DNA of 64,000 nt. Source: Fimbriosthenelais zetlandica (Eukaryota). The translations under genes and the position numbers were made by a program. This document shows positions 48,244-60,886 of this stretch, piece by piece. The notes below the pieces were generated by a model. It was not told the origin of the DNA and did not search any database. It saw only the letters and a program-made list of their open reading frames with translations. How positions within the stretch are numbered: position 1 is the first letter of the stretch; the number at the start of each line of letters is the position of its first letter. The stretch is from positions 17,422,001 to 17,486,000 of the forward strand of contig OZ365112.1 of assembly GCA_977030845.1 (NCBI GenBank), read 5' to 3'.

Positions 48244-50913
48244 GGTCGTGATGTAAGCTAGCCATGTACATTTCAACTGGCCTCCATAAATGATGTCACC
48301 ACTGACATGCTCTGCATATGTCATCTACATAGAGTACTCTCCTCCCAGCAGTAAAGCAATGATACTGGCCACACTGTCCAAATAGCAAAGTTTGGGTTAA
48401 TCCTCATGAATTGGAAATGGTGTTTTAATGTCATGCGGGTTAGCTACCAATCACCCTGCGGTATGATTAATGGCCATTAGCATTATCGTGAATCCTACAT
48501 CAATAGCATCATTATGCACATGTATGTTAAATATCTATGTTTAGCTGATGTTGCTTATATTGATTATACCACACACACTACTGTCTGAGTGCCGTGTTGA
48601 CTTGTATAAATCCTATACACGGGGGAAGAAGGCCTGAAACTCCTTCAGATTGGAACATCATTTGGCTAAACACTAGTCTTGATTGAGAGCAAATTTAGAC
48701 ATGCCATCTTTGGACTGTAGTCCCCGTTAGTGGCATTTGCTCTGGCGGCTGATAGGAAGACAGTATTGTGACTCTCACGTCGACGTATAAAGGCACATTC
48801 CACATCACAGCCAATTTTCCTACACTACAGAAGTCTATGTATATTTACCCCACTCATTCTTGCTGCATCATTCAATAATACGGGACGGTGTATGGGGAAA
48901 TACTATGCGGGCCATACTTTAGAGACCAGGCATAAATTCCTGCACCTTCTTGGCCTTTCCTCCCTTCCTCTGAATGATCACCTTAACCAGATGGCCCGAT
49001 GACTGGCAAATCTGAAAGTGAAAGAAACAAAGTTTAACAGACAAAAACAATGGTTGGACAGTGTCTTAATTGAGGCGATCCTGATGCCTTGCTCCCTGTG
49101 ACATGACTGAATTGCCTCCCGTCATATTAATGTTGGTGATGATCTTGCCGTCTCTGGGCAAGGTGATTAGATTACCGGAATTACGACTCCTCATTATAAA
49201 TCAAATATCAAGAAGACTACTTTTTGCCAATCTTCTGTCTCTGAGGCCGACTTTGGTTTATGAACTTGATATTTCTACGGTGCACCAGGTGGAGCTTTCT
49301 CGCACAATTGTTCAATGTGATCAATGTACAGACGCGTCTGACAATTGTATATGGCAGGACTATTGTCTTCAACTCTTTTGAACACTAGATTATCATTGTC
49401 ATTTCAGACAATACTTTCAGTCTGCGTGACTTTGGTATTGGCTATTGAATTTCGCTGTCATGGCAAGGAAAATTCTCCGTTTCTCACTCACAAAGATTTC
49501 ACCGTTTCAAACATTTAATGTCAAACGTATTTTACTAGAATCTTTCTACCAGCTATTCCTGTCCTATTGTGTTTCTATAAGATATAGGCGATGGAACATT
49601 TGAGACACTTGATGAATCACCCACTGGTCTGAATGAGACCGAATGAGGTTCAGAAAACCATGAACTATAGTAGGTTTGTATTGATGGTTTATAAGGCAGA
49701 AAATCTCCCGAGCTGAGATAGAATGTAAGATTAACTGAAGCGGATCAATATATACTTTTGAGGGTTATGCCGCCTGCCCAGACCTCATCGTTTTGTCGGA
49801 TGTGTTCCATCAAGGGCATCACATTCACAGAAGGTCATGGAATGTATCATATTTACTTCTGATCTTTTATCTCCGTTCCCAAACATTAATATTTTGGGTC
49901 TAAAGGGGATGCAAATAAACGTTACACAGAACACATTGTGTACGTAACTGTGTACTATAGCCTACTATAACTAAAAATCATCTTCGATCGTTCAGCCTAG
50001 TTACATTTCCCTCCTAAATGCCACCCCTGGTCATAAAAGGAATACTGAACTCAAAAGAACTACACCCATGGATTATAGGGAATTTTGCTTAGACAGCGAG
50101 GTACATTTCTCTGTTTTGGACCTGGGTTTTTGGAATGGCTTATACACTATATATAGGCCTATACACCATATATTGCATATAAGCAAGAGTCACCAATAAA
50201 ATGCACAGACCCGCTGGTGCTTGTCAGATAAAAAGCAGAATTGGTTCCAATCTATATGATAGCTGTCTGACCTAAGTAGCTCCCCATAGTGATTCACTGA
50301 TTTAGGCCCAGTATTGACTCCCACACCCTCTATGAATGTAGAGAACGATGGTAGTAAGACCAGCGGATTTCCCTCGTTCTACTTGTGTGACTTGTTTGTG
50401 CCTCAGCCATTGAATCTGCCTTCTCCTGTCTTGGACAGGAGAACCTCATCTGTCTACCTGTCTTACTGCCGATGTCCACACAGTGCCTATAGGCCCCTGG
50501 ACTGGGAGACTAATATAGCCCCTCTCACCCCCGACTCCAGAGCTAAACATACAAGGCAACTAAGTCCTTCCCAGAAAAGAGCAGTAGGTGTCAGCCTTCA
50601 TCTTCAGGGAGCTCTGTGGACAAACACTGCATGATAGAACCTGCTTCACGATCATGTGGAGAGAACCATCCAACAACCCGACATGAATATCCTGACTAAA
50701 TAAAGGAAGGAAACAAAAAATACCCTCTCCCTCCTTTTGACGTGTTCAGATGCGGTAACATAACCTCTTCCAAACCCATGGTGCATAGTCACACACGAAA
50801 AAGGAACCATGGCTATGCCATTTCTCAATTTAAACACTCTGTTATATTTCCAAATCCATCTTAAGTCTATTTCATTGTTAGTGGCGATGAATAGGACTAA
50901 ATGCGATGTGCAC

Positions 50914-50939
50914 CGCGCATGCTCGGGCAGTTACTTCCG
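50914..50939. promoter_or_regulatory. NRF1-like (CGCGCATGCT) and ETS-like (ACTTCCG) motifs in a small CpG-rich patch upstream of FaNaC
   Basis: Motifs at 50914-50923 and 50933-50939; short matches only, function unverified. Confidence 0.25.
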
Positions 50940-51772
50940 TGCACTTCATTATGTCTGCGAAAATGTCATCCGTTATCCAAAGGAAATTCATATCATGTAA
51001 GCTCATACCAAACATTCACAATTCAACTGAAGTGTGTGCTCACTTATAAGTGGCTATACTCCTGCATGTGATGAACCACATTGGATAAATGGCATTCGGT
51101 ATTAAAAATAAATTGTCGTGCACTGGAATGGCTTGACAGATAAGTAAACATGTCTCTTACAGCTCAGAAGATGAACTTAAAAAATCTCTGGGACCCATGA
51201 CTTTAACAAACAGCCAGGGATCTCTGCGGTCCTCGATTTCCTCAAATGGTATAGAAGGCAAATCTGGGCATTGAAAGAAGGTTGAGAGCTTTAATGAATG
51301 GAATCCTATTGGATTACAAACATGCTTCAATTCAACTGAATACAAGAATATCGTGCTACAGCATCGACTCATCGCTTTCAAAGTGCCGAGGAAAAAAGAA
51401 TCTAATGAAAGGCGATGAACTCTTGCTGACATGCGATATGGTGTTGAGGGAGTAGCATTGGTTGTCACTTTGGGCCAGTCTCTTCCTGGGAATAATATTC
51501 TCAGTTTAATTTCCTGTGCTAGACCTTTCATAAAGATGCCAACTTGTGGGAAATCGGCGCTGGTTGAGAAAGTTTCTCACAATTGTGCCCGTATGGTTTT
51601 TTCAATGCTGAAAGGAAATGAGGAGCTGAAAGAAACAGATATTAACTGTTAGATTTGATCACGAGTTTGTACTCTGAACTATAATATCGTTGATTTTACT
51701 GAGTATATTATTTAATTACACAGTCTTCTTTCTCTTCATAGTAGTTTCTGTACAGTATTATGACAGGAATGC

Positions 51773-51788
51773 TATATATATATACATC

Positions 51789-51814
<26 letters not shown>
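51773..51814. repeat. (AT)n microsatellite, interrupted
   Basis: Direct reading of the TATATA tract with one CATC interruption. Confidence 0.95.
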
Positions 51815-51819
<5 letters not shown>

Positions 51820-54800
51820 TATGTTCGTATAGGCCGACTATATCAAGTTTCTTATGTCCCGATGTCATTGACCATCACCATAATATCAATTTATTATATC
51901 GAGCCTAACTCTGCCTATGCCCTGGGGCATTGATGATCACTATATCAATGTACACGTATAAACATATTGATAATTATGTGTATACATATTTCTGCAGTTC
52001 ATGGGCAACACAACATAACTATATAGATCGCATGTTAATTTCAAATCGTAAGGATTGCCTATTGTCTCTAATTGTCTCTAATGTCCTAGCACCAGTTGAG
52101 CCATACTCTTCTTGGCAGCTATTTGAAGTCAAGGTGTCCCTAATCAGCGTCAATGTTTACAGGTTCCTAGCAACAATCACCCTGCTGATGAATCCTCCCT
52201 TTCCTTCCCCTTTTCCCTCATGAATGACTTCTCAGTGTTGGTCTTAAATGACAAGTTCTTGTCAGCTGAGACAGACCAGCAGCTAGTGCCACTTGCCTGT
52301 GGTCTGCTCGCAGACAGATAAAGCAATACAGGCCTTAAACTGTTGTTTTATCACCCTCCCACATCTTATTATGACCACCCTGGGAGAGGCAGGCCTTTTG
52401 TCTCCTGATGACCTCATGCAAGCCATGGCTGACATTACCCCATATATTCTCAGGATAGATCTACGTTCAGGGACACAATCCTTTAGATACCAGACTCTAA
52501 GCAAAATCAAATCATGCTGCAATATAAACCTAGTGGCCACTGTAGATAATCATATTCTGTCCCCCAACCCCTGTATTATTTTGGATGATCTAATGGTAGT
52601 CATTTATGATAACAATAGACCACCTGAGTGGGACTCATTTTCCTCTCTGTATATATGTTTACAATTATTATGTATATTCAGAGAGTATAATAAAAAGGCT
52701 GTTCTATCAGTTACATAGCAGTAGAAGAGGCTTAAGCCAAAATGTGCTGAATGGTGGAAGTGCTGATAGTATCCTGAATCCCTTGGTGGAAATGAGGATT
52801 TAAATAGGACTGTTCTGTCACAGATGCTAAAACAACACCAGGGAAGCACTTTCCTATTCCAATTTACAGATTTATTGATGATCAGTTGGATAATCCTCCG
52901 GCATTCCATCTCACCGGGAAAAAGATCAGATAGGAATGTACAGGGGGGTAGCTGTCAATCATCAAGCATCTTGGATGCTTCTTTATATTTAGATAAATAA
53001 TGTGTTGAAGGCAGCTTCAGTGATAGGAAGTAGTGTCATGGAGGGTTTTGACAATATTTAAGACATTGTGGTGCGTGGAAGTATTTGGTCTTCTTTCATA
53101 TTTGGAATAATACATATGTTCCTTGGCATAACATGTACCATGTTTTAACCAGATAAATGCCCTAAAGTGTGGCAGCTAGAGTGGATGCATTAGCCCCATA
53201 AACCACCTTCCTGAGATCAATACTGTTCCTCTTGTCCTGTTTGTGGGCAGATTGACACTGCTGCCCCCGTCAGATTAAACGGCCAAGGTGGTAATTAGCT
53301 AAAGCAAAGTTTGTGGGTGAATGCTCAGGGAACTACCACCATACTCAGATCTCCTCCTACGCAGATATTTTCCTGGCAGATAACCTTTTTGAGGTAATGG
53401 AGGGGAAGGCAAAATGGGACAAGTTGTAGCATGCAGGAGCAGAAGGATGAACTAGGATGTGATGGCTGCAGGAACAGTAGGAACAGCTAGATGGGATCTA
53501 GGAGAAGGTTGCATGAGAAAGGAAGGGCAGGAGAAGCAGCTGGATGTGACTGGGCAGAAGCAGTACTATAAGCTAGATGAGAGGGACCTAGAGGGAGAGG
53601 AGGGCAACCTATCTGAACACAATAACTACTGTATATCACCCATGATTAAGGATGTTCCATATGCCCATCAGCTGTTAAATTATTTGTCACCCTGTGGTCA
53701 CCTTATGGCGTGAGCTGATTTAGAACTCCTTTCATTGTAAAATGGGGTTAATGAAGGTTCAGATGGCCTCTTTTGAATGCCCCTGTCTGTGATTCTTCAT
53801 GTATTGCAGCTTGTGTGAATGTGCAACAGGGTCTGTTGATCAGACCAGGTGACTGATGGTACTGATATATTGCTCCCGTAGTCCTGAATTCACTAGCATA
53901 CAATAGATACCATCTGTTCCCAAATAGAGCCACTCACTGCCTTATTTTAACTTGATAAATCTTATGGCCTGTAGCTGACTATAAAGACATTTCGCCTGCA
54001 ATGGAAAGAGTACTAGCAAACCTCATTAAAGAAGCGATCTGTTGAGCTTCCCGTGGGATCGCTTCTGAAGATTATCCTACTATTAATTCAAGTTGAGCTT
54101 ACACACATTGTCATGTACACCATCTGATACCATCTGCGGACTTTTATAATCTATGATTATGAAAATGGATCTCGAGATTCAATCATGGAGATTGGATTGT
54201 GTCCCATCTGCATAGAGTCTCTTTCTATACACGAAAATAAGCTCCTGTCAACCTCATCGAATTATGGACGGTATTAATTTACTGTATCTCTGCACTATAT
54301 GGTTGGCCAAATGTATTACAAGGCAAAGAAACAGTATCTACCCTGGAGACACTTTCCACCTATATTTTGTGTGGTAAATAAAGACTGGAATCCACTAGAT
54401 TTCCCTGCAAGAAAATGCCTATATTCCAGTCATTAAATTTTACTAAATCACTGGACCAATGCAACCAACATGCATAGAAAACCAGTCCAGATTTGATAGT
54501 CCACCTTGGCGACACCTGAGAAAATTAAAATCTTCCGACAAAGGCCCTTCAGGCTAGCCTGGTCGTCTACATCTTCAGGTTCTATGATATCTTGCATCAT
54601 TAAATATTTAATGATGTTAACAATTAATGGTTGCAGGTTCATTTTCGGTCTCTTGTCTTGGTTATGTTGGTCGAACTCAGGAACAGCATTATTATTCAAC
54701 AGCATTTACTCAGTGGTTAGCTCAACTGGGTAGAGAAACAAGGTGATTATCCCGAAAGCCACTGTTTGTTTCATTGTTAATATTTAGATGAGTTATGAAA

Positions 54801-57800
54801 TATTACACTTTTATTACAGTATGATCGTGAGGATTGATAGTCAGTACTCTCGATAGGAATGAGATGGGTGGATAGCTACAGGGGAATAGAATATTCATGG
54901 CTATTCCCAAGCATCCTGGATATTTTAAGGCAGGGCCATAGTTCAATTCCTTCACCTAAAGATTGTAAATTAGCCTTGGTGATGTAAATGAAGCATGGGG
55001 GTGTTGAATTTATGGTTGAATATAATAAATACGACATAAGACATGGGGCTTTGTGTTGTATTTATAGCTTTGGGAATATTGGGTTTGTTACCAGGACTAT
55101 TAAGTGTTTGCTTCATCCCATAGTAGCAGAGGGAGGGTAGGTGCCCTTTGTTTTCGTGGGCAGCATACAAAAGGACTGATTCACTATACAACTATGCACG
55201 TCGAGGGAGGAATAAAAATGGACCGTGCACATGGTATTCATCCTAACTTTAGAGGCAAAAGTCCTCTTTGACATTTCCCTATTGATCTCATACTATCTAT
55301 CACAGCCATAGGCTCTATTCAAAATCAAAATCTTCAAGAGATTCAATTATTTCTGTGATGAATTAACCTGTAATAGGAGTTAAGTTGTGTTAAAACATCA
55401 CAATGATCTTCTTCCATCGCGAACAGGCTGGGCTGAATATAGCACTGAGAAATAAGACTCAGATGATGATGCACCACTAGCTGACATCAGAATAACGGAT
55501 TGACAATATGACATGACCTTATATCCCACAGACTTAAAATATGAAACCTGGTGGAAGGCTGGTCAATTTTACATTTTTATATAGGAAATTGTATCTGGCT
55601 GGCCATTTATACAGACCATGCATGCTATACACTGAAACCGGGGGCGTATAGCTTTGAGTGTGTTGATTCGGTGGAAAAGATAACAGTTATCTACGGTTGC
55701 TACTGTCCCAATGAACTAATCTTCCTAACTCCAGCTCAGGTTTTCCTTTCTTCAGGCCCCCTTGGGAGGAGCAGTATTTGAACCTTAAGCATACAGTATT
55801 TGAACATGCAGTTCTGAAAGCAACTTGAAGCTCTTGTTGAAATCTGTACATTTAGAAAGCTTAAGTGTCCAAATATGTGACAAAATCTATATAGTGCATG
55901 TATCTATGTTCCATGTTTCTATCATTTAACTCCTGCTCATAACTAAGACTTGGATTCTTCCGCTTTTGAAGGAGCTTGATGTATGAAATTGGCAGATGTT
56001 GCGTGACTATCGCTGTTATGCAGTCTCACTTCAAGCCCACCAAGTGGTATCAATGTTCTAATATAAAGCCTTTAGTGACTTGAGGCAGACACTGCCTCCT
56101 TACTTGCCTGATATAATGCTGGTAATCATCACTGTTTAATTGGATTAATCTTGGTCTTCCCATTGCGGCCATAGCGGCGACAGATTCTGTATTTTTGTTG
56201 TAGCTTGTCAGCTTCACTTTATTTTAACTCATGAATACTGCATGGTTCTTTAAATATGGTTCTGTGTTTGGTAACGGCACAGAACTGCATGCTACTCACT
56301 TCAAGCTTTCTAGAGCCTTAGACAGTATTTAATTATACCATATTGAGTTTGTACTTGGAGATTCGGCCCTTTAGATCTCAATTCAGTGTTGTCGCCTCGG
56401 ATCTAAATTAGTTCAAGTCTGTGCCAGATAGACTACTAAGGCTGAATAATCTCTGTATCGTATATTTTTCTGATATGTGTGACACATAGAAACTTCCACA
56501 TTGAAATTCATTGGACAGACATTGCATAATATTGGGCTTAACTCTTCATAAAAGACAATCAGTACTGTAGAATAAATCTCAATTACATTTAGGGCATTGG
56601 TAAAAAGTCAGTACTAAGTTTAGCCTGTATTACGTTTCTTGGTGTGATGTGTCCACTGAGAACTTAGCAGCCGCAGCTGTCACTGCCAGATTATGGGGCC
56701 CGTGTTGGCAGAATTTCTGATTACTGTGGTGACCCATCTCCCCAGATATGTTTGAAATTGAGGAGGGCCAGCTCAAGGTCCCATGGGCTGAAACTGATGC
56801 AACGTGGAAGTATAAAATACGTTTGGTTCGATACTATCCTTTGATTAGATTTAACTCTTATACAACTAACAGACTACTTTATACTATTAGATCTACCCGT
56901 TGCCTGTTAGAACCAAAGTGAGTTATCCTAATTCTTGATAACTGTGATAATTATTGATTGCTGAGTTTCCCCTACCCCGAAAACAAAAACAGACTAATTT
57001 TAAAGTCGCTGGGGGAATTTTGCCCCAAGTAAATAAAAAGTAAATACTAAACAAGTATTTAATTACCCTCTCCATGTGCATGGATTGATGTCCTAATATG
57101 GCGAGGGAAGAATGATCGATTGAATTATGCCATGGTTCAAATCTGAAACTAGATCATGTGTCTTAATAATGGAGAGCCAACTCTGACATTAAGCACTTTT
57201 TCACTGGGCGTGAAGGACCTAAAAAAATGATTGACTATGGAAAGGGTCCAGGCTCTAGATTTGGCACTCTTCCTCCAGCACTCCTAGGGGATGCAATGAG
57301 GACTTAAATGGGGAGGGTTCCAGCTATGGGCATCAACAGCAAGTTGGCGATAACGTTGTTTGCACCAATGGTCTGGTACGAAGTTCTTATTTCTTTTTCT
57401 GAAGGGTTTATAACGCCCTGTAGACTTGTGATATGCACAATATGGAAATCAGGCTCAACTGTTATTTGGATTGGTAGGCTTAGTAGTATATGGGAAAGGT
57501 CTAAAGGTAGCATACATAGCAGAATATGTAATAGCCAGATTATTAACACTGTACAAACTGTATCTCATTTTATCCCCAGAGAATTGTTCTATTCCCCGAT
57601 AAGAACATATTGTATAATAGTTCAATAATTGTCATTGCTGAGAGAGCAATGCTCAAAAAACGTCTCACCTAATCACGAGGACTGGTACAGGATACCTCCT
57701 GGTGCTGTGGTGCAGTATTTTATTATTCACATGAGAGTAATTTCTAGTCAGAACAAGTTATATACGCTACCAGCTGGGACACCGATGAAATTCACTAGTT

Positions 57801-58260
57801 CAGTATTGGATTATTCAAAAATGGAAGTTTATTACCAAATAATTGTTATCTATTCGACCAGATGGGTCTTTTTAATGCGAAAGGTTGGTTTGCATTATGG
57901 ACAAATTGAATCATTGCAGTATCTGCTGCATGGATGCTCATGCCGTTATTACCAGCTGTTAGGATGCTCAGGCCAAACAAATATTCCACTAAATAAATGA
58001 GCAAATAGACAGGCCATGTTCACCTTAATATGCCATTGTAATCTATCACTTGCAGTAGGCCTATAACCCTATTTATGCCAGAACAAATACCTGACATTAT
58101 TTTTCCAACAGGTCTGCCTCTATCCAGTTTTTGTGATATATGAGGTAATCTAATGGTGATGTCATCATGAGACATTGTTTCATGTCATACTGCCTAGACA
58201 TGCTGTTTTCATTATTAAACATGACCTTCTTCTGGTATATAAAATTCCAGTTGGGATAGC

Positions 58261-58753
58261 GGGAGTGGGAGGGAGGGAGGGGAAAGGCAATGGGCAGAAG
58301 CTAGAGTGGTTATGAGCAGTTCATAATACTCATTATATACTCCCTTTCGAGCAGATGTGTGCATCTCGTGACCTAGTAGCCCTAAGCCAAGGATCCAGGA
58401 TGTAGAGAAACAAAAATCCTTCAAAGATAATAGTGGCAGGTGTCAGAGTTGTCATGAGCCATTCAAAATGTATCTAAACAGGTCGGAGTAGGTGTGTTCA
58501 GTTAATTAATTGTAGCCTGAAGGCAAGATTAGCTTAACATTGATTGAGGTAGCACAGTTTTTCTTATGAAATATAACCCTATTATTGTAACAACAATTGT
58601 CAGATGGGATAATAATGGGAATGGGGAAGGGAGGGCAAAGGCAATGGGCAGAAGCTGGAGTGGTCATGAGCAGTTCATAACAGATGTAGCTGCTCAGTTC
58701 GGAGCAGAAGTGAGCAGTTCGTGACCTACCACCCAAAAGACAGGGATCTAGGA
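58261..58753. repeat. Diverged direct duplication of an about 140-bp purine-rich unit (58261-58400 and 58617-58753)
   Basis: Both copies share AAAGGCAATGGGCAGAAGCT(A/G)GAGTGGT(T/C)ATGAGCAGTTCATAA, then GAGCAGA, TCGTGACCTA and GGATC(C/T)AGGAT. Confidence 0.85.
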
Positions 58754-60845
58754 TAAAAATGAACAAAAGGGCAAATATTGTATGGCATACCTACATTAAT
58801 TATAAAGGCAAGCCAGTTTATATGTGTCAAAATAGAGTGTAAAAGAAAGTGGTGATCTCTCAATTTGCATTCAACAGCAATCACTAAATATATAAGGTAA
58901 TCCATGCCACTATTACGAGAATCAATGAATAAAGCTGGGGTAGAAAAGTTCATACATTTTCATGAGCTTCCACATCATGATCACATGCATAATAGATGCC
59001 GATTGGTTCTGTTGACGAATTAACTAGTTTTTGCCTTTAATCTGGATTGCTACAGGTTGCAAAATATAACTATTTAAAGCAATTCATTTAAATGTTATAC
59101 TTATTAGAAGCTGCGGGCAAAGAAAAATAATTTCTAATGCAAAAGCCTCAGCTCCTTGTTCTGTGGTGCATGTTTGAGTGGCTCTACTTGGTGGCCATTC
59201 AACCTCAAATATATCGAGCAGATAGCTGTTTAACACGACAACCCAAGTGTGTGTGTTGGGGTAGAGACGTGTGATGAGCTCTGCCAGGCTCAGTGAGCAT
59301 GTCACAGTCATTTTGAACAGAAATGGGTCAATGGCATATAGAGCCTTGGCCTTGGCCAGTCTGGTATGACAGGGCATAATAATTGTACAAGAGTTTCAAG
59401 CCCAAAAAATGTCACTGAAATCTTTGTCAGGCACGTGTAGCTAATGATGCTCTTGGAACAATTAATAGCCGTGATTAAAACAGGAGTTTTATTTCAAAGC
59501 CAGTACAACCACTGTAATAATTCATGCCCTTTTCCATCTGAATTTGTTGGTTTCGTGTCTATTTCAATTTAATATAATTATTAGGCCTATTCTAAGGGGA
59601 AAATATCTTCATAAACACTAACGACAAAGTATGCCAAGTCATGATTGGTTTGATTGGTGTGCACTCTTAAAGCACATAGGGATTTCCGAGTGGGGTGCTT
59701 GGTGTGATGCTTTGTGTACGGTACTGATTGCAGGGCCATAGATTTCTATCAGCAGCTGTATGATCTATAATAATGTTCACCATCTGAACAAACTGGAGCT
59801 TCCACGTTATGGTTTACCTGCTTTGCTCCTATATTGCAAGAGCAATAATACGTTGCACACATTCGCAAAATAAAGCTAGATTAATTGTCCATTTGTTTCG
59901 TTCATCCGATACTTCTTATATTATTTATATTTATTAAGTATCATTACCGGACAGAAACACGTCGATTTCAAAGGTCAGTTTGGACTGATTTACAATAATT
60001 CAAAAAGTGTGCAAATTAAAATGAAAGCTGATATCCATTTTGATTGGAAGTGTGTTCGACTTTATGAATGTCTTGCCATTGACATATTTTCTCAGGGAAG
60101 CCAGATATATAATTTCTCACACATTAGATACAAAGTATTATTCTATCTCTCTTGGGCAAAACTCAGTATTGTGTACCACTCAATAAAAAGACCATATATT
60201 ATTGAAGTACATATTTAAGTAGACAAGTGTAGATATTTCTGATGTTTTAGTATGTAAGATAATAGAAGTGGGAGACCACAACCCAGCTTAAATCAAGTTT
60301 GAATTTTTATTGCTGAAGTATTGGAAGAAACCACTATTGTCTAGGTATTGTCTCGATTTAAATTAATTAAATTTTCATTCACTTCTCAACCATTCCCAAA
60401 GACAAAAAAAAATCATCAAAATGCAAAACAAATAAGGACAGTTTCAGTTGTCACCCTTGTTATCGGAAATAACGCTGAGACACCATTTTCATGAATATTT
60501 GCTGAGGCATTTTCATCCTCCATGACCGATAGAAAGGTCGGGTTCCAGTGGTAAATATTGATTAAACCCTGCACAGGTTCCCAGTCCCTTCCAATTATCA
60601 AATTAAAATTTCTTCTTCGTCTCAGTATGTAATACACACCGGAAAGTTAGGGAATTATATGCACTCACATCAACAAAGATAATACCCAATCCTCAACCAT
60701 GTTTAAATTAATAATCATCCATAAACTATCCCACAATATCACAGCCAGAGCCAGGCATCAGACCTGCACATCTATCCAGTTGAGTTCCCCTGTCAGTTCC
60801 TGCCACATCCAGTTCCCCTATCTGCTCCAGTCCCATCCAGTTCCC

Positions 60846-60886
60846 CTGCCACTGCCACTGTCACTGTCACTGTCACTGTCACTGCC
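60846..60886. repeat. (CTGYCA)n hexanucleotide microsatellite preceded by degenerate CCAGTTCCCC repeats
   Basis: About 7 units read directly; explains the SDSDSD / PLPLPLSLSL ORF artefacts. Confidence 0.9.

Noticed and set aside
52861-52890. IYRFIDD string resembling a Penelope-type RT catalytic motif
   Set aside because: In-frame stop shortly upstream and no other RT motifs nearby.
54718-54754. TAGCTCAACTGGGTAGAG resembling a tRNA D-arm / A box
   Set aside because: No anticodon arm or correctly spaced GTTCRA B box; cannot fold as a cloverleaf.
57304-58000. Hydrophobic - strand fragments faintly like GPCR helices (VLIIWLLHILLCMLPL), plus two + strand ORFs
   Set aside because: No DRY or NPxxY motif, many stops; indistinguishable from AT-rich noise without a profile search.
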